Translations under genes and position numbers: made by a program
From: a virus
IMG/VR virus record: IMGVR_UViG_3300045988_068751
DNA: 64,000 bases
Direction: 5' to 3' (one strand)
Shown: in pieces, positions 35,861 through 45,194 of the stretch
Numbering within the stretch: the first letter of the stretch is position 1
How the letters are laid out: each line of letters begins with the position of its first letter
Notes under the pieces: model-generated
The model's input: the letters and a program-made list of their open reading frames with translations, nothing else
Database searches by the model: none
What the model was told of the DNA's origin: nothing

Positions 35861-36793
35861 ATGGGAGCAGGTAGTTATTCTAGAATTGCTTATGATGTAG
35901 AGGCCGGCAGTAGGGGTTTATATACCTCCACTAGGGATGAACTCTTTAAGAGCCATGCCATTAATGCATGTAATACTGCTGCATCGCTTAACAACAATGT
36001 TAGGCAGTATAACACGCAGATAAGGCAAGAAATGGTTAACGTGGGTGTTCGTGAATCTCGTGATTCTAAAGAACATCCTTTCTCTACTCCGATAATCATT
36101 GCGCTAGACGTTACTGGTTCAATGATGGACACACCTTATGAAATGATTAGAGACCAATTCCCTAAGATTATGGACTCTCTCATTCAACTAGGTGTGCGTG
36201 ACCCACAAATCATGTTTATGGCAGTTGGGGACCACGTTTATGACCGATATCCAATTCAAATTGGTCAGTTTGAGTCTGATACAGCTAAAATCCTTGACAC
36301 TTTACAGTCATTCGTGATTGAAGGTGGTGGAGGAGGTAATAGAGGTGAAAGCTATCTACTATCTCACATCGTAGCGGGTTATCATACTGAAACTGATTCC
36401 TGGTTTGAAAGACACACTAAGGGATTCTTATTTACTATTGGAGATGAACCAAATCTCGATAAGGTAGAGGGATGTTACTTAGAACGTGTTCTAGGGTATC
36501 AAAAAGGTGCTAAAACCATTACTTGTCAAGAAGCTCTTGACAAAGCAAAGGAACAGTACCATGTATTCCACATTCACATTACTAATGCCAGTCATGGCTC
36601 AAGGGTTGCTGAATCTTGGAAGACTTTACTTGGACAGAATGTATTGACATGTGCATCTGGAGAAGTAGACAAGGTGATTGTCACCGCAATTAAAGAGAAC
36701 TATGAGGAGCCTGTTGAAGGCTTAGCTCCTAGTGCTTCTGTTAGTCAGGAATGGCAGGATGTGCCGTCTGATAGTAATGACAAATTTTATTAA
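35861..36793 (+). CDS. von Willebrand factor A (vWA) domain protein with MIDAS-type DxTGS motif
   Basis: IIIALDVTGSMMDTPYEMIRDQF... matches the vWA N-terminal beta-strand plus the DxSxS metal site. Confidence 0.55.
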   Translation: MGAGSYSRIAYDVEAGSRGLYTSTRDELFKSHAINACNTAASLNNNVRQYNTQIRQEMVNVGVRESRDSKEHPFSTPIIIALDVTGSMMDTPYEMIRDQFPKIMDSLIQLGVRDPQIMFMAVGDHVYDRYPIQIGQFESDTAKILDTLQSFVIEGGGGGNRGESYLLSHIVAGYHTETDSWFERHTKGFLFTIGDEPNLDKVEGCYLERVLGYQKGAKTITCQEALDKAKEQYHVFHIHITNASHGSRVAESWKTLLGQNVLTCASGEVDKVIVTAIKENYEEPVEGLAPSASVSQEWQDVPSDSNDKFY

Positions 36794-36799
36794 ACTGAA

Positions 36800-37867
36800 A
36801 TGATTAGTATTGTATTAGGAACATTCTTCGGCGATTGTGGCAAAGGGCAGACAGTTCACAACTTGTGTAACAAGTACATAGGTAAGCGAGAGTCTGTGTT
36901 AGTAGTCAGGTTTAGTGGTGGACATCAAGTAGGACATACTGTAAAGCATGGAGACATGATGCACACCTTTAGTAACTTTGGCAGCGGAACCTTACTTGGA
37001 GTGCCGACGTACTGGTCCGAATACTGTACTGTAGACCCAATTACCTCTATGTTGGAGGGTGCAGACTTAGCTAAAATGGGAGTTCGTCCCATTGTTCAGT
37101 ATCACCCTCACTGCCAAGTTGTAATTCCCTTCGATGTCTATTCCCAAGTTAATAACGAAGAGAACTTACGACATGGTACTGTAGGTACAGGGTTTAAAGC
37201 TTGTTTGGACCGAGTTAAGGCAGGATACAGCTTAACAGTTGTAGATTGTATGAATCCTTACATACTGCGTGAGAAACTAAATGCCATAGTGGATAACTAT
37301 TACAACATGTCTAGTAAATATCCTTCGATAGACCTAGACAACTGGTGTAGGTTAGCACATGCTTATTTCTTACATACAGGTACGGTTAATGAAGATTGCT
37401 TGTTGAATTATGATAACCTAGTGTTTGAAGGTTCACAGGGAATATTGCTTGACCAAAGATTCGGCATAATGCCTTATTGCACTCCGTCTAATACAACTTC
37501 ACAAAACGCTTACGAGCTGTTGCGGAAAGCAGGTATACGTAAAGAAATCCAAACTTGTTATGTAACTCGTCCTTATATAACAAGGCATGGTAATGGCCCA
37601 TTTCCTTCTGGAATGTCTGTTAGGGATGTCGATGACCCTAATAATAAGTTCAACGATTTCCAGAAGACGCTTAGGGCTATTGATTTCGACAAAGACCTAT
37701 TCGCACACAGTGTACGCATTAACCGTTCATTTAAGGTTCCTTATAGGAATGAACGAACGGAGAAATTGTACGTATCACATTGGGATGAAGCATCTGACGC
37801 AGAGCGAGAAATGCTAGCAAATTTATGGATGTCGATACAGCCCATGATATTCGATAAGTTAGTTTAG
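36800..37867 (+). CDS. adenylosuccinate synthetase-family protein (PurA-like; short 355-aa form comparable to archaeal PurA / phage PurZ). Ends in TAG followed by a terminator
   Basis: IVLGTFFGDCGKGQ vs PurA GTQWGDEGKGK; RFSGGHQVGHTV vs RYQGGHNAGHTL; FEGSQGILLDQRFGIMPYCTPSNTT vs [32 protein letters not shown] vs GAGPFPTE. Confidence 0.75.
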   Translation: MISIVLGTFFGDCGKGQTVHNLCNKYIGKRESVLVVRFSGGHQVGHTVKHGDMMHTFSNFGSGTLLGVPTYWSEYCTVDPITSMLEGADLAKMGVRPIVQYHPHCQVVIPFDVYSQVNNEENLRHGTVGTGFKACLDRVKAGYSLTVVDCMNPYILREKLNAIVDNYYNMSSKYPSIDLDNWCRLAHAYFLHTGTVNEDCLLNYDNLVFEGSQGILLDQRFGIMPYCTPSNTTSQNAYELLRKAGIRKEIQTCYVTRPYITRHGNGPFPSGMSVRDVDDPNNKFNDFQKTLRAIDFDKDLFAHSVRINRSFKVPYRNERTEKLYVSHWDEASDAEREMLANLWMSIQPMIFDKLV

Positions 37868-37888
37868 GAGTCTTCGGACTCCTTTTAC
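37867..37888 (+). terminator. rho-independent terminator ggagtc-TTCG-gactcc + ttttact
   Basis: perfect 6-bp stem, tetraloop, T-run. Confidence 0.7.
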
Positions 37889-37960
37889 TGGGCTATGGTG
37901 TAGTGGTAGTCACACAAGGTTTTGGCTCTTGTAGCCCAGGTTCGAATCCTGGTAGCCCAA
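37889..37960 (+). tRNA. tRNA-Gln (TTG)
   Basis: acceptor tgggcta/tagccca, anticodon arm caagg-uuUUGgc-tcttg, T-arm ccagg-TTCGAAT-cctgg. Confidence 0.7.
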
Positions 37961-38055
37961 CTACTAATTATTTCAGTTTAAAATAGAATTTATCATGAAG
38001 TCACTAACAACACTACTCTTTGAGAACTGTTAATTGTGAGTAAACATGGGCGTTC

Positions 38056-38129
38056 GGGGCCCGTATCTCAATCGGTTAGAGAAACTGACTCATAATCAGG
38101 AGGTTGTCGGTTCAAGTCCGGCCGGGCCC
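38056..38129 (+). tRNA. tRNA-Met (CAT), elongator-type (paired 1-72)
   Basis: acceptor gggcccg/cgggccc, D tctc/gaga, anticodon loop cuCAUaa, T-arm gtcgg-TTCAAGT-ccggc. Confidence 0.8.
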
Positions 38130-38142
38130 ACACAGTTAATAG

Positions 38143-38415
38143 TTGAATCGAATGAGTAAGGTAGTAGGTAGCATTGACGGCTACGATGTCATTTATGTGG
38201 AAGGCAAGAATATGATATTCTGTAAGAATACTATATTACCCTTTCCACTCATTAAAAGAATTATCAGAGGAGGTTTGTGTAGGGAAACAATCGAAGAGAA
38301 GAACCTGACTATCACTCAAGACGGTTCTATTATTCAACTTGGTTGTTTAACTACAACAAGAGAGAATTGTGAGGCAATCATTAAAGAAGTAAATAAGATT
38401 AATAAACCTAATTAA
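38143..38415 (+). CDS. hypothetical small protein
   Basis: ORF track. Confidence 0.45.
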   Translation: MNRMSKVVGSIDGYDVIYVEGKNMIFCKNTILPFPLIKRIIRGGLCRETIEEKNLTITQDGSIIQLGCLTTTRENCEAIIKEVNKINKPN

Positions 38416-38418
38416 GTA

Positions 38419-39876
38419 ATGGCAAAGAACATTATTCCGCAAGGAACTACAGCTGCTATTAAGCAGAGAGTTAACAAGTACGAGGAAACTCAGAAACAGA
38501 GAATGATTGAAGTGCTCCAAAGCAATGTGAAGTATGCTGATGCTCTGGGATTCATCGAAGGTGAAATCAAACAGTCCAAGAAAATGGCAAGTTTCAAATA
38601 CTCGCTGCTTTGTTGGAAACCAGACGGTGTATATCAGTTGAACAGAGCAATCAATGAAATCTTCGGTTCTGCCGTTAGTAAGGAGGATAACAGTCCTTCT
38701 GGAAACAGCAACATTGATACCGTAGACGTTGTTCTGGCAGACGGTTCTCGTACCAAAGTTCCGTTTGGTAAAATTAGCCTTGAAGAATTGGGAGAAGATT
38801 CTGAAATTAACATCAACTATGACAATGACCGTCATTTGCTCCTTATTAAGGGACAATGCCAGTTCAAATATCAGTCATTGATTGATGATATTGTTGACAG
38901 AACTAAAGAGCTGTTGGCGTCAGAATCTATCTATAAGAATCAGGCACTGGAAATCAGCAATCTGTCTGAACCTACTATCATGACACTTGCCGGCATTGAG
39001 AAACAATTCATGGTTCTTTCTAAGAAGACTGAATTTGAATTGCAACCGCTACGCTCAAGAATCTTGTATCCAGAGAAATGTCTGGCTAAAGGTATTCCAT
39101 TGAAGTATGGTTGTTTGCTGGAAGGTAAATATGGTACAGGTAAGACCTTGCTGGCATTTAAGCTGGCTAAAGATGCTGTAACAAACGGTTGGTCGTTCGT
39201 GTATTTGAAGAATCCTTCTCTTCTTGCAGAAACTCTGCGCATGTGTAAAGTTGTTGACCGTTCGGGTCATGGTGTTGTTGTATTTGTTGAAGATATTGAC
39301 CAAGTAACTAGAGGTAACAGAGATGCTGCTATGCAAGACATCCTGAATACTCTGGACGGTGGTGATACCAAAGACATGAACGTAATCACCTTGTTCACTA
39401 CTAATCACATTGAATTGATTGAACCTACCTTCTTAAGAGGTAAGAGAATCGGCTCTGTGATTACCATGGACTGTCTGGACGCTGAAACTGCGGAGAAATT
39501 CATCCGTTCTACCTTCACCGCTGAAGAAGGATATACAATCGACGATGATTTGAGTGAAGTATGTAACTACATTCAAGAAGCTGAAATTGCTCCGGCATTT
39601 ATGGCTGAAATCGTTGAATCAACCAAATCCAAACTTATCTTTACAGAAGAAACCCATGTAACATCGTTCCATATCAAAGCTAGCGTTGAATCTTATCAAC
39701 GTCAACTTGGACTTGCATCCAAGAAAGCTGTTGTGGAAACTCCGGCTGAAAGATTGGTAAATGCTCTCAAACTCGTTCTGGGTACAGAGAAGCTTGAAGC
39801 AATTACTCAGATGTGTGAGTATGAGTGGGAACTTGACCGTAAGGACTATTCTACGGAGAAGAAAGACAACAAATAA
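38419..39876 (+). CDS. classical AAA-family ATPase with ~200-aa N-terminal extension
   Basis: Walker A LLEGKYGTGKT, Walker B VVFVEDID, sensor-1 TTN, arginine-finger region PTFLRGKRIGSV. Confidence 0.7.
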   Translation: MAKNIIPQGTTAAIKQRVNKYEETQKQRMIEVLQSNVKYADALGFIEGEIKQSKKMASFKYSLLCWKPDGVYQLNRAINEIFGSAVSKEDNSPSGNSNIDTVDVVLADGSRTKVPFGKISLEELGEDSEININYDNDRHLLLIKGQCQFKYQSLIDDIVDRTKELLASESIYKNQALEISNLSEPTIMTLAGIEKQFMVLSKKTEFELQPLRSRILYPEKCLAKGIPLKYGCLLEGKYGTGKTLLAFKLAKDAVTNGWSFVYLKNPSLLAETLRMCKVVDRSGHGVVVFVEDIDQVTRGNRDAAMQDILNTLDGGDTKDMNVITLFTTNHIELIEPTFLRGKRIGSVITMDCLDAETAEKFIRSTFTAEEGYTIDDDLSEVCNYIQEAEIAPAFMAEIVESTKSKLIFTEETHVTSFHIKASVESYQRQLGLASKKAVVETPAERLVNALKLVLGTEKLEAITQMCEYEWELDRKDYSTEKKDNK

Positions 39877-39881
39877 ACCTT

Positions 39882-39914
39882 GGAGGGCGAGAGCAATCTC
39901 GCTCTCCTTTTATT
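39882..39914 (+). terminator. rho-independent terminator (10-bp stem ggagggcgag/ctcgctctcc, loop agcaat, then TTTTATT)
   Basis: seen directly. Confidence 0.65.
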
Positions 39915-39923
39915 AACAACTAA

Positions 39924-40142
39924 ATGAAACATTTATTGATATTCCTATTAGTCTTATTAATGTCTGCAACTAAGGTGGATAACACACCTAGAGACTTTCA
40001 TGTAAGTATAGTAGGAGAAGAGAAAGTAGAACAATTTGAATCCAAATTCCCTCAAATAGTTAAGGACGAAGCCGTGTATATTGCATATCTTCAGCGATAC
40101 TATAGAGGACATGAAGATGAATTTATCAATTTGATGAAGTAA
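39924..40142 (+). CDS. small secreted/membrane protein (N-terminal signal-like helix)
   Basis: ORF track. Confidence 0.45.
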   Translation: MKHLLIFLLVLLMSATKVDNTPRDFHVSIVGEEKVEQFESKFPQIVKDEAVYIAYLQRYYRGHEDEFINLMK

Positions 40143-40146
40143 CAAT

Positions 40147-40228
40147 GGGGTAGTGCTGGAATTGGCAGACAGGCTTGGTTTAGGCCCAAGTGCCTTCGGG
40201 CGTGTGAGTTCGAGTCTCACCTACCCTA
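40147..40228 (+). tRNA. tRNA-Leu (TAG), type II
   Basis: acceptor ggggtag/ctaccct, anticodon arm cttgg-uuUAGgc-ccaag, variable arm, T-arm gtgag-TTCGAGT-ctcac. Confidence 0.8.
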
Positions 40229-40407
40229 CTAGATTATTAACTATTAAATGTATTTAATTATGGTAGAAACTTTAAGTGAGCTGCTTGAAAATGCAGCTAA
40301 CGTAGCAGAGGACAACGGTGGTAAGCTTTCAATAGCAAGCGCAGCAGTATTAATTGCTGAAGCTTACGAGTTAGGAATGGATAAGGCAACTAAATTACTG
40401 ACAGAGG

Positions 40408-40866
40408 ATGCCAACAATTGTTGATATGAGACCGTCAACTAACACTTTCAGACATGCAACTTTGATAGTAATATGGCTGGTGGTGTGCTTAGTAGGACTA
40501 GGAGGATGTAAATCTAACCTAGTTAAAGAAACCTGTATTGACAAACCTGTGTGGACTACAGTAGTTGCTAAGGACTGTTATACCGAAACAGTTAATCAAC
40601 AGACGCATACTGTATATGAGCTTACACTAATAGCCGACGGTAGGGACAATCAGTTCAAACTACGTGTAGACAAACCAACCTATGATAGAGCTTTTATTAA
40701 TAACAAGCCTAATAGGCTTAACTTTAATCTCAATAGAAGTGATTATGGAACTGGTTGGGAACCACTAATTGTTGCATTATACTTCATTATGCTCGTTGGC
40801 GGGCTAGCATGTGTGATAATTGAAGGTATAAAATACATGATTGATATTAAAGAACATTTATCATAG
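40408..40866 (+). CDS. putative lipoprotein / membrane protein (LVGLGGC lipobox-like, C-terminal TM)
   Basis: ORF track; hydrophobic N- and C-termini. Confidence 0.45.
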   Translation: MPTIVDMRPSTNTFRHATLIVIWLVVCLVGLGGCKSNLVKETCIDKPVWTTVVAKDCYTETVNQQTHTVYELTLIADGRDNQFKLRVDKPTYDRAFINNKPNRLNFNLNRSDYGTGWEPLIVALYFIMLVGGLACVIIEGIKYMIDIKEHLS

Positions 40867-41692
40867 TATGGAGAAATTGAGTGCAGATGCGTTACGTTTA
40901 GCCTTAGTAACAGCATCTATGGAGTACTATAAGAAGTACGTAGAAGGCAATCAAGACTTTGACAATTCCGAGCAAATCAAAGAAGAGCTTGGTAAGTTAG
41001 AAGCAGCAGGTCTGGGTGGAACTAAGAATGCAGAAACTCTTAGGACTATTCTCGAGTCTAAGAAGTATAAGTCAGCTTTAGGCCCAGAGAAATTAGACTT
41101 GAAGAAGGTTAACGAAATGACATCCTATATTAAAGAATCGTATCCTGATGCACTGGTTGTGACTTACGAGGATTTCTTTGCAATCCTGAAGAAGTACAAT
41201 TTGTATTGTGGTCCAATATCGACCTTCAGCGGATTCATTCCAAGTGAGAATGTGTCACAAATAGCAAAGGCTTCTAACGCTTTGAACTCTTTAAATCTTA
41301 ACTACGTCAGTTGGGTTGAAGCTGCGAGAATAGATTCAAGAATGTCTAAGGACATGACCAAACGGCTTGTTGAGTATTTCTCTAGATTCCCATTTGTATT
41401 CAAAGGTATTGACCGTGGTTATCAGTACATGAGGTCTATAGGTGGAAGTTATAAGGAGGAAGATTACCTACATCTTGGCACCTCATATCTAGACCATAGT
41501 GCTTGGTTAATTGCCGCGCCTTATGATACTATGGAGAATAATATTCGCATAGAAATCTTCTCTAAAGCTGAAGAAGACCGTAAAAGAAGGTTAGAAGACC
41601 CAATAGTATTTAGGGCTACCAAAGTAGGTATTGTTATCGTGTCTATGTGGGGAGAAGAAGCATCAGACAGCATGTTCGATAAATACCGATAA
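40841..41692 (+). CDS. paralog-family protein A (shares N- and C-terminal motifs with 46993..47859 and 49876..50814)
   Basis: conserved C-terminal DPIVF..T..GIVIVSMWGEEASD..F and N-terminal A..L..A.MEY...LG..KNA..L. Confidence 0.55.
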   Translation: MILKNIYHSMEKLSADALRLALVTASMEYYKKYVEGNQDFDNSEQIKEELGKLEAAGLGGTKNAETLRTILESKKYKSALGPEKLDLKKVNEMTSYIKESYPDALVVTYEDFFAILKKYNLYCGPISTFSGFIPSENVSQIAKASNALNSLNLNYVSWVEAARIDSRMSKDMTKRLVEYFSRFPFVFKGIDRGYQYMRSIGGSYKEEDYLHLGTSYLDHSAWLIAAPYDTMENNIRIEIFSKAEEDRKRRLEDPIVFRATKVGIVIVSMWGEEASDSMFDKYR

Positions 41693-41946
41693 ACATGTAA
41701 TCCACCACTTAAATGTGAGCAGGTGTAGAAATGACTATAGGGCTATTTCAGTTTAGCAGACGTGCTATTCCATAGATTAGCTGACGTCAATAATTGGTAA
41801 GGCAGCTCGCAGCCCTGCCAGGCGGATTATTCATATATAAGAACATAAGGAGACAAAGCCAGACTAGCCGGCAGTGAAGCAAACGGGAGGTATTAAGGTT
41901 GCATTGGTAACGATGTAGACACGATGAGCTTTATGTTCTTATTAAT

Positions 41947-42020
41947 GGCGAGATAGCTCAACTGGCTAGAGCGTGCGACTCATAATCGCAAGGTTGGGTG
42001 TTCGAGTCACCTTCTCGCTA
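41947..42020 (+). tRNA. tRNA with CAT anticodon (third CAU tRNA: fMet, Met or Ile2)
   Basis: acceptor ggcgaga/tctcgct, D gctc/gagc, anticodon arm tgcga-cuCAUaa-tcgca, T-arm gggtg-TTCGAGT-cacct. Confidence 0.8.
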
Positions 42021-42045
42021 CGTTATTAATTAATACTTAAAGATT

Positions 42046-42441
42046 ATGTTTGTAAAATTTGTAAAAGATGATAAGACAATAGAGGAAGTATCAATTTCAT
42101 CAGAGATGATTCCATTTCCTACTGATATAGTAGTGTTAGAAGCTGGTAAATTCACCGTAGAATCTAGAGAATATGATATACTTGATGGAACTTGTACAGT
42201 TATATTAGACCAACAAATTACCTGGACAGAACATCCTCAAGAGTATAGTGATGCAATGCTTGCATACAGGAAGCGTTGGAATAATACAATTGATTTGTCA
42301 TGTGAAGACTTCTTTAAGATGAAACAGTTTGTACAGACTGGTTCCAAACTGCAAGCAGTTAAGCATGTAAAAGAATCTGCTAAATGTGGTTTAAAAGAAG
42401 CTAAGGATTTTGTTGACACTTATTGCGATTACGTATTATGA
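42046..42441 (+). CDS. protein with C-terminal ribosomal bL12 (L7/L12) CTD-like motif
   Basis: AVKHVKESAKCGLKEAKDFVDT vs bL12 [23 protein letters not shown]. Confidence 0.45.
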   Translation: MFVKFVKDDKTIEEVSISSEMIPFPTDIVVLEAGKFTVESREYDILDGTCTVILDQQITWTEHPQEYSDAMLAYRKRWNNTIDLSCEDFFKMKQFVQTGSKLQAVKHVKESAKCGLKEAKDFVDTYCDYVL

Positions 42442-42675
42442 GATGGTTATATCATATCCTAATTAATTGGATAGACTTAGTAAGAGATTGATATGGAAAC
42501 AGCATTAATGATTACTGTAGTCATTGCATTTGTGGCTGCACTAATAGCTATGTTACTAACTATATGGGATTGTGACTTTAAATGGGTTAAGATATTCTTA
42601 AGTGTAGCTGCTATAAGCACTATAGGAATGATAATTGTAGTTGTAATTAAGGTCATGATGTCAGTATAAGGGTAT

Positions 42676-42759
42676 GGCTGGATGTCGTAATTGGTAACCG
42701 AGGTAGACTTAAACTCTACTGGGCATTTGCCTGTGCGGGTTCGACTCCCGTTCCAGCCA
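42676..42759 (+). tRNA. tRNA-Leu (TAA), type II
   Basis: acceptor ggctgga/tccagcc, anticodon arm gtaga-cuUAAac-tctac, variable arm, T-arm gcggg-TTCGACT-cccgt. Confidence 0.85.
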
Positions 42760-42962
42760 CTAATAATTAAAGGAAGGAGGATTTATGAAAGAACTATTAG
42801 AACAGCTAAAAGAACAGTTTGCAGGAAATGAAATTATGACTGCTGTTACTGATACAGTAGAGAAGGCATATAAAATTGGATATTCTGAAGGTTTTGCTGC
42901 TGGTGAAGAAGCAATGAAGAATCTGATTGACAAGTTAACATCACCTACAATATCTAATTAAT

Positions 42963-43454
42963 ATGACTATAGAAGAGTTCCTGCGCAAAATAGTTGAGAT
43001 TGATTTAACTCAAGCTCAACATGTATTCCATGATTGGGATGCTGCTCTGGAGAGTTATGCTATTAGGTATAAGAAACACGGTTCACCCAATGTAGTTAGG
43101 TTATTAAAGATTGCTAACTCATTGGGTGAACTTGTTGATTTATATAGGGGAGTAGTGCTAAGAAGATATCCAATGACTATAGCTTCGTTGAATAGTAAAA
43201 CTGTCAGATATAATGAGTTGATATCTTACTATAACTACAAGAATGGGCAAGAGTTAACCTTGTTTGAAAGGATAAGTAATGGCTCTACCATGGAAGAGAG
43301 ATTAAACTTTGTATATTTAATGTCTAAAGCCGATGCATTACAAGGAGAGACTATTGACCGAAGGAAAATCCTTCAGAACCTCAGAGAAGGGAAACTCTAT
43401 GACTCCTCTAATCAAATCTGGCCAAGAGCATGTCTTGAGTCCTATAAATCTTAG
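42963..43454 (+). CDS. hypothetical protein
   Basis: ORF track. Confidence 0.5.
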   Translation: MTIEEFLRKIVEIDLTQAQHVFHDWDAALESYAIRYKKHGSPNVVRLLKIANSLGELVDLYRGVVLRRYPMTIASLNSKTVRYNELISYYNYKNGQELTLFERISNGSTMEERLNFVYLMSKADALQGETIDRRKILQNLREGKLYDSSNQIWPRACLESYKS

Positions 43455-43617
43455 CGATGTAGAGGTAGGTGATATAGTATTCTGCAAAGTTAAAGGTAGA
43501 TACTATACTCACTTAGTCAAAGCTAAGGGAGACAGAGGAGTTCTTATAGGCAACAATCATGGTAAGATTAATGGGTGGACCAAATCCGTATTTGGTAAAG
43601 TAACTAAAATACTATAA
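43333..43617 (+). CDS. S24-family (LexA/UmuD-like) peptidase domain protein; the true start is probably the internal Met near 43399
   Basis: GNSMTPLIKSGQEHVLSPINLSDVEVGDIVF plus downstream Lys (Ser-Lys dyad pattern). Confidence 0.5.
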   Translation: MHYKERLLTEGKSFRTSEKGNSMTPLIKSGQEHVLSPINLSDVEVGDIVFCKVKGRYYTHLVKAKGDRGVLIGNNHGKINGWTKSVFGKVTKIL

Positions 43618-43618
43618 C

Positions 43619-44812
43619 ATGAGTGAACGAAGACTTAAACTTGGTCATAGGAAAGAGTATAAACGTAAAAGCAAGCATACTCGTAATCCAAGCTACTATC
43701 CTAGACACCTTACTAAAGTGACGCTAGCTGATTTTGATGCTGATTTCAATTTGAGAGTATCTAAAGAAGTGGCAGCGCAGAGAGGATATGGTAGAAAGGT
43801 ATTAGACAAAAGTTGTCATATAGCTTGGGACCACGGCTATGGATACGTTAAAGAATCTAGGATTGTGAAATTCATAGCCAAGTATGTAGGTAAGCCTTAT
43901 AAAGAGCTAGCCAAAGCCTGGAATGAGTGGATTAAGCCAATTAAGAATACTGACAAAACTGAATACCTAGACGACTACTTCACTGATTATAGGTGGAGAC
44001 AGGCGTTCTTTAGAGTTGATGATAACGGATTAGTACAATCTGTTGAGCAGACTCCTAGAGGTCGTCGATACAACATTAGTACTAAGCAATGGAAGGAGAA
44101 CAGGAATCATGCTTTGCCCAAGTTTGGTAAGATTGCTAAACCTCATAAAGCAGCAGACTATTATGATTACTGTTATGGATTTGCCAATTCTAATCCTGAC
44201 TCCAATGGAACAGACTCTGACTTTTATAGACCGAGGTTGCTAGGTCATTATTGGTGTATGGTTAATGGTACTCCAGTTGAGTTGCCAGTATATCATGTAC
44301 GTGATGCTCGTGACTATATAAGGTGGTGGTTAGACGGCAAGCAAGGCAGACTTCCTGGGACTAGAGAAGTAGTTAAAGTCGATACGTACCAGCAACTCTT
44401 TAGACCTGGAACTTATGCTTATGAACAAGCTGTTAAGTTTGATAACAACTGGGTTTATCTTCCGATTCCATGTAGCAAAGGAGGTTATATAGGTGAAACA
44501 TCTAAGCATTTTATGCATTTAGAGACGGAGCAGATTCCTAATCCTAGATATGCAGAAATTCAAAGTAGCTTAGATGCTCTTACTAAGAGTGTAGAAGATA
44601 TAGAAGCGGGCATAACTGTTACATTTAGTGACGGAGTAACTCCTGTAACTATGGAGTATCTTACTAACGAAATTAACAATGCTCACTACCGTCTCTCTAT
44701 GACTTCTAGGTATATAACAGTTAATCACGGCTACGGACAGTTATATCCATTAGTAAAACGAATTGATTATGAAAGAACTATTCAAAAAATGGCTAGAGAA
44801 GCGAGCATGTAG
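43619..44812 (+). CDS. hypothetical protein (397 aa), ends in TAG
   Basis: ORF track. Confidence 0.55.
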   Translation: MSERRLKLGHRKEYKRKSKHTRNPSYYPRHLTKVTLADFDADFNLRVSKEVAAQRGYGRKVLDKSCHIAWDHGYGYVKESRIVKFIAKYVGKPYKELAKAWNEWIKPIKNTDKTEYLDDYFTDYRWRQAFFRVDDNGLVQSVEQTPRGRRYNISTKQWKENRNHALPKFGKIAKPHKAADYYDYCYGFANSNPDSNGTDSDFYRPRLLGHYWCMVNGTPVELPVYHVRDARDYIRWWLDGKQGRLPGTREVVKVDTYQQLFRPGTYAYEQAVKFDNNWVYLPIPCSKGGYIGETSKHFMHLETEQIPNPRYAEIQSSLDALTKSVEDIEAGITVTFSDGVTPVTMEYLTNEINNAHYRLSMTSRYITVNHGYGQLYPLVKRIDYERTIQKMAREASM

Positions 44813-45079
44813 GCATGAATGGAGTATAATAGCTAAGACTAGCTATACTGACTGTATCAGATATCTGTTAGTATGCCTTAAGTGTGGTAAGCTTAAAAGG
44901 AAACGAGTATAGACCAGGCTGGAATCTGGGTTAAATAAAGTCCAGCGATGACAACTAAAGCAGAGTTGAGCGTATGTAATAAGACGTGCAGTTTAGCGCT
45001 GACTGTGGGGTGGTTGCAGAACACCTCTTTAGGAATGACTATCAGTGTTTGACTATTAGTATTCTAACCACTGCTCCAT

Positions 45080-45162
45080 GCGGTTGTAGTGTAAAGGAGG
45101 GCACATCACTAATTTTAGTATGCGCACAAGTGATAGATTGGGTTCGATTCCCGACAGCCGCT
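45080..45162 (+). tRNA. tRNA-like element with good acceptor (gcggttg/cagccgc) and T-arm (ttggg-TTCGATT-cccga) but no canonical anticodon arm (6-bp stem atcact/agtgat encloses 18 nt); possible intron-containing or pseudo-tRNA
   Basis: exhaustive manual search for a 5-bp/7-nt anticodon arm failed. Confidence 0.4.
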
Positions 45163-45194
45163 CACCCTGAACCCTGTAATTCTAATCCTATAAG

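Noticed and set aside
35477-38419. Runs of consecutive genes in the same reading frame (35477/35861/36800 and 38143/38419) as possible read-through fusions
   Set aside because: They are separated by TAA stops, not TAG, so a CUA suppressor would not join them; frame coincidence only.
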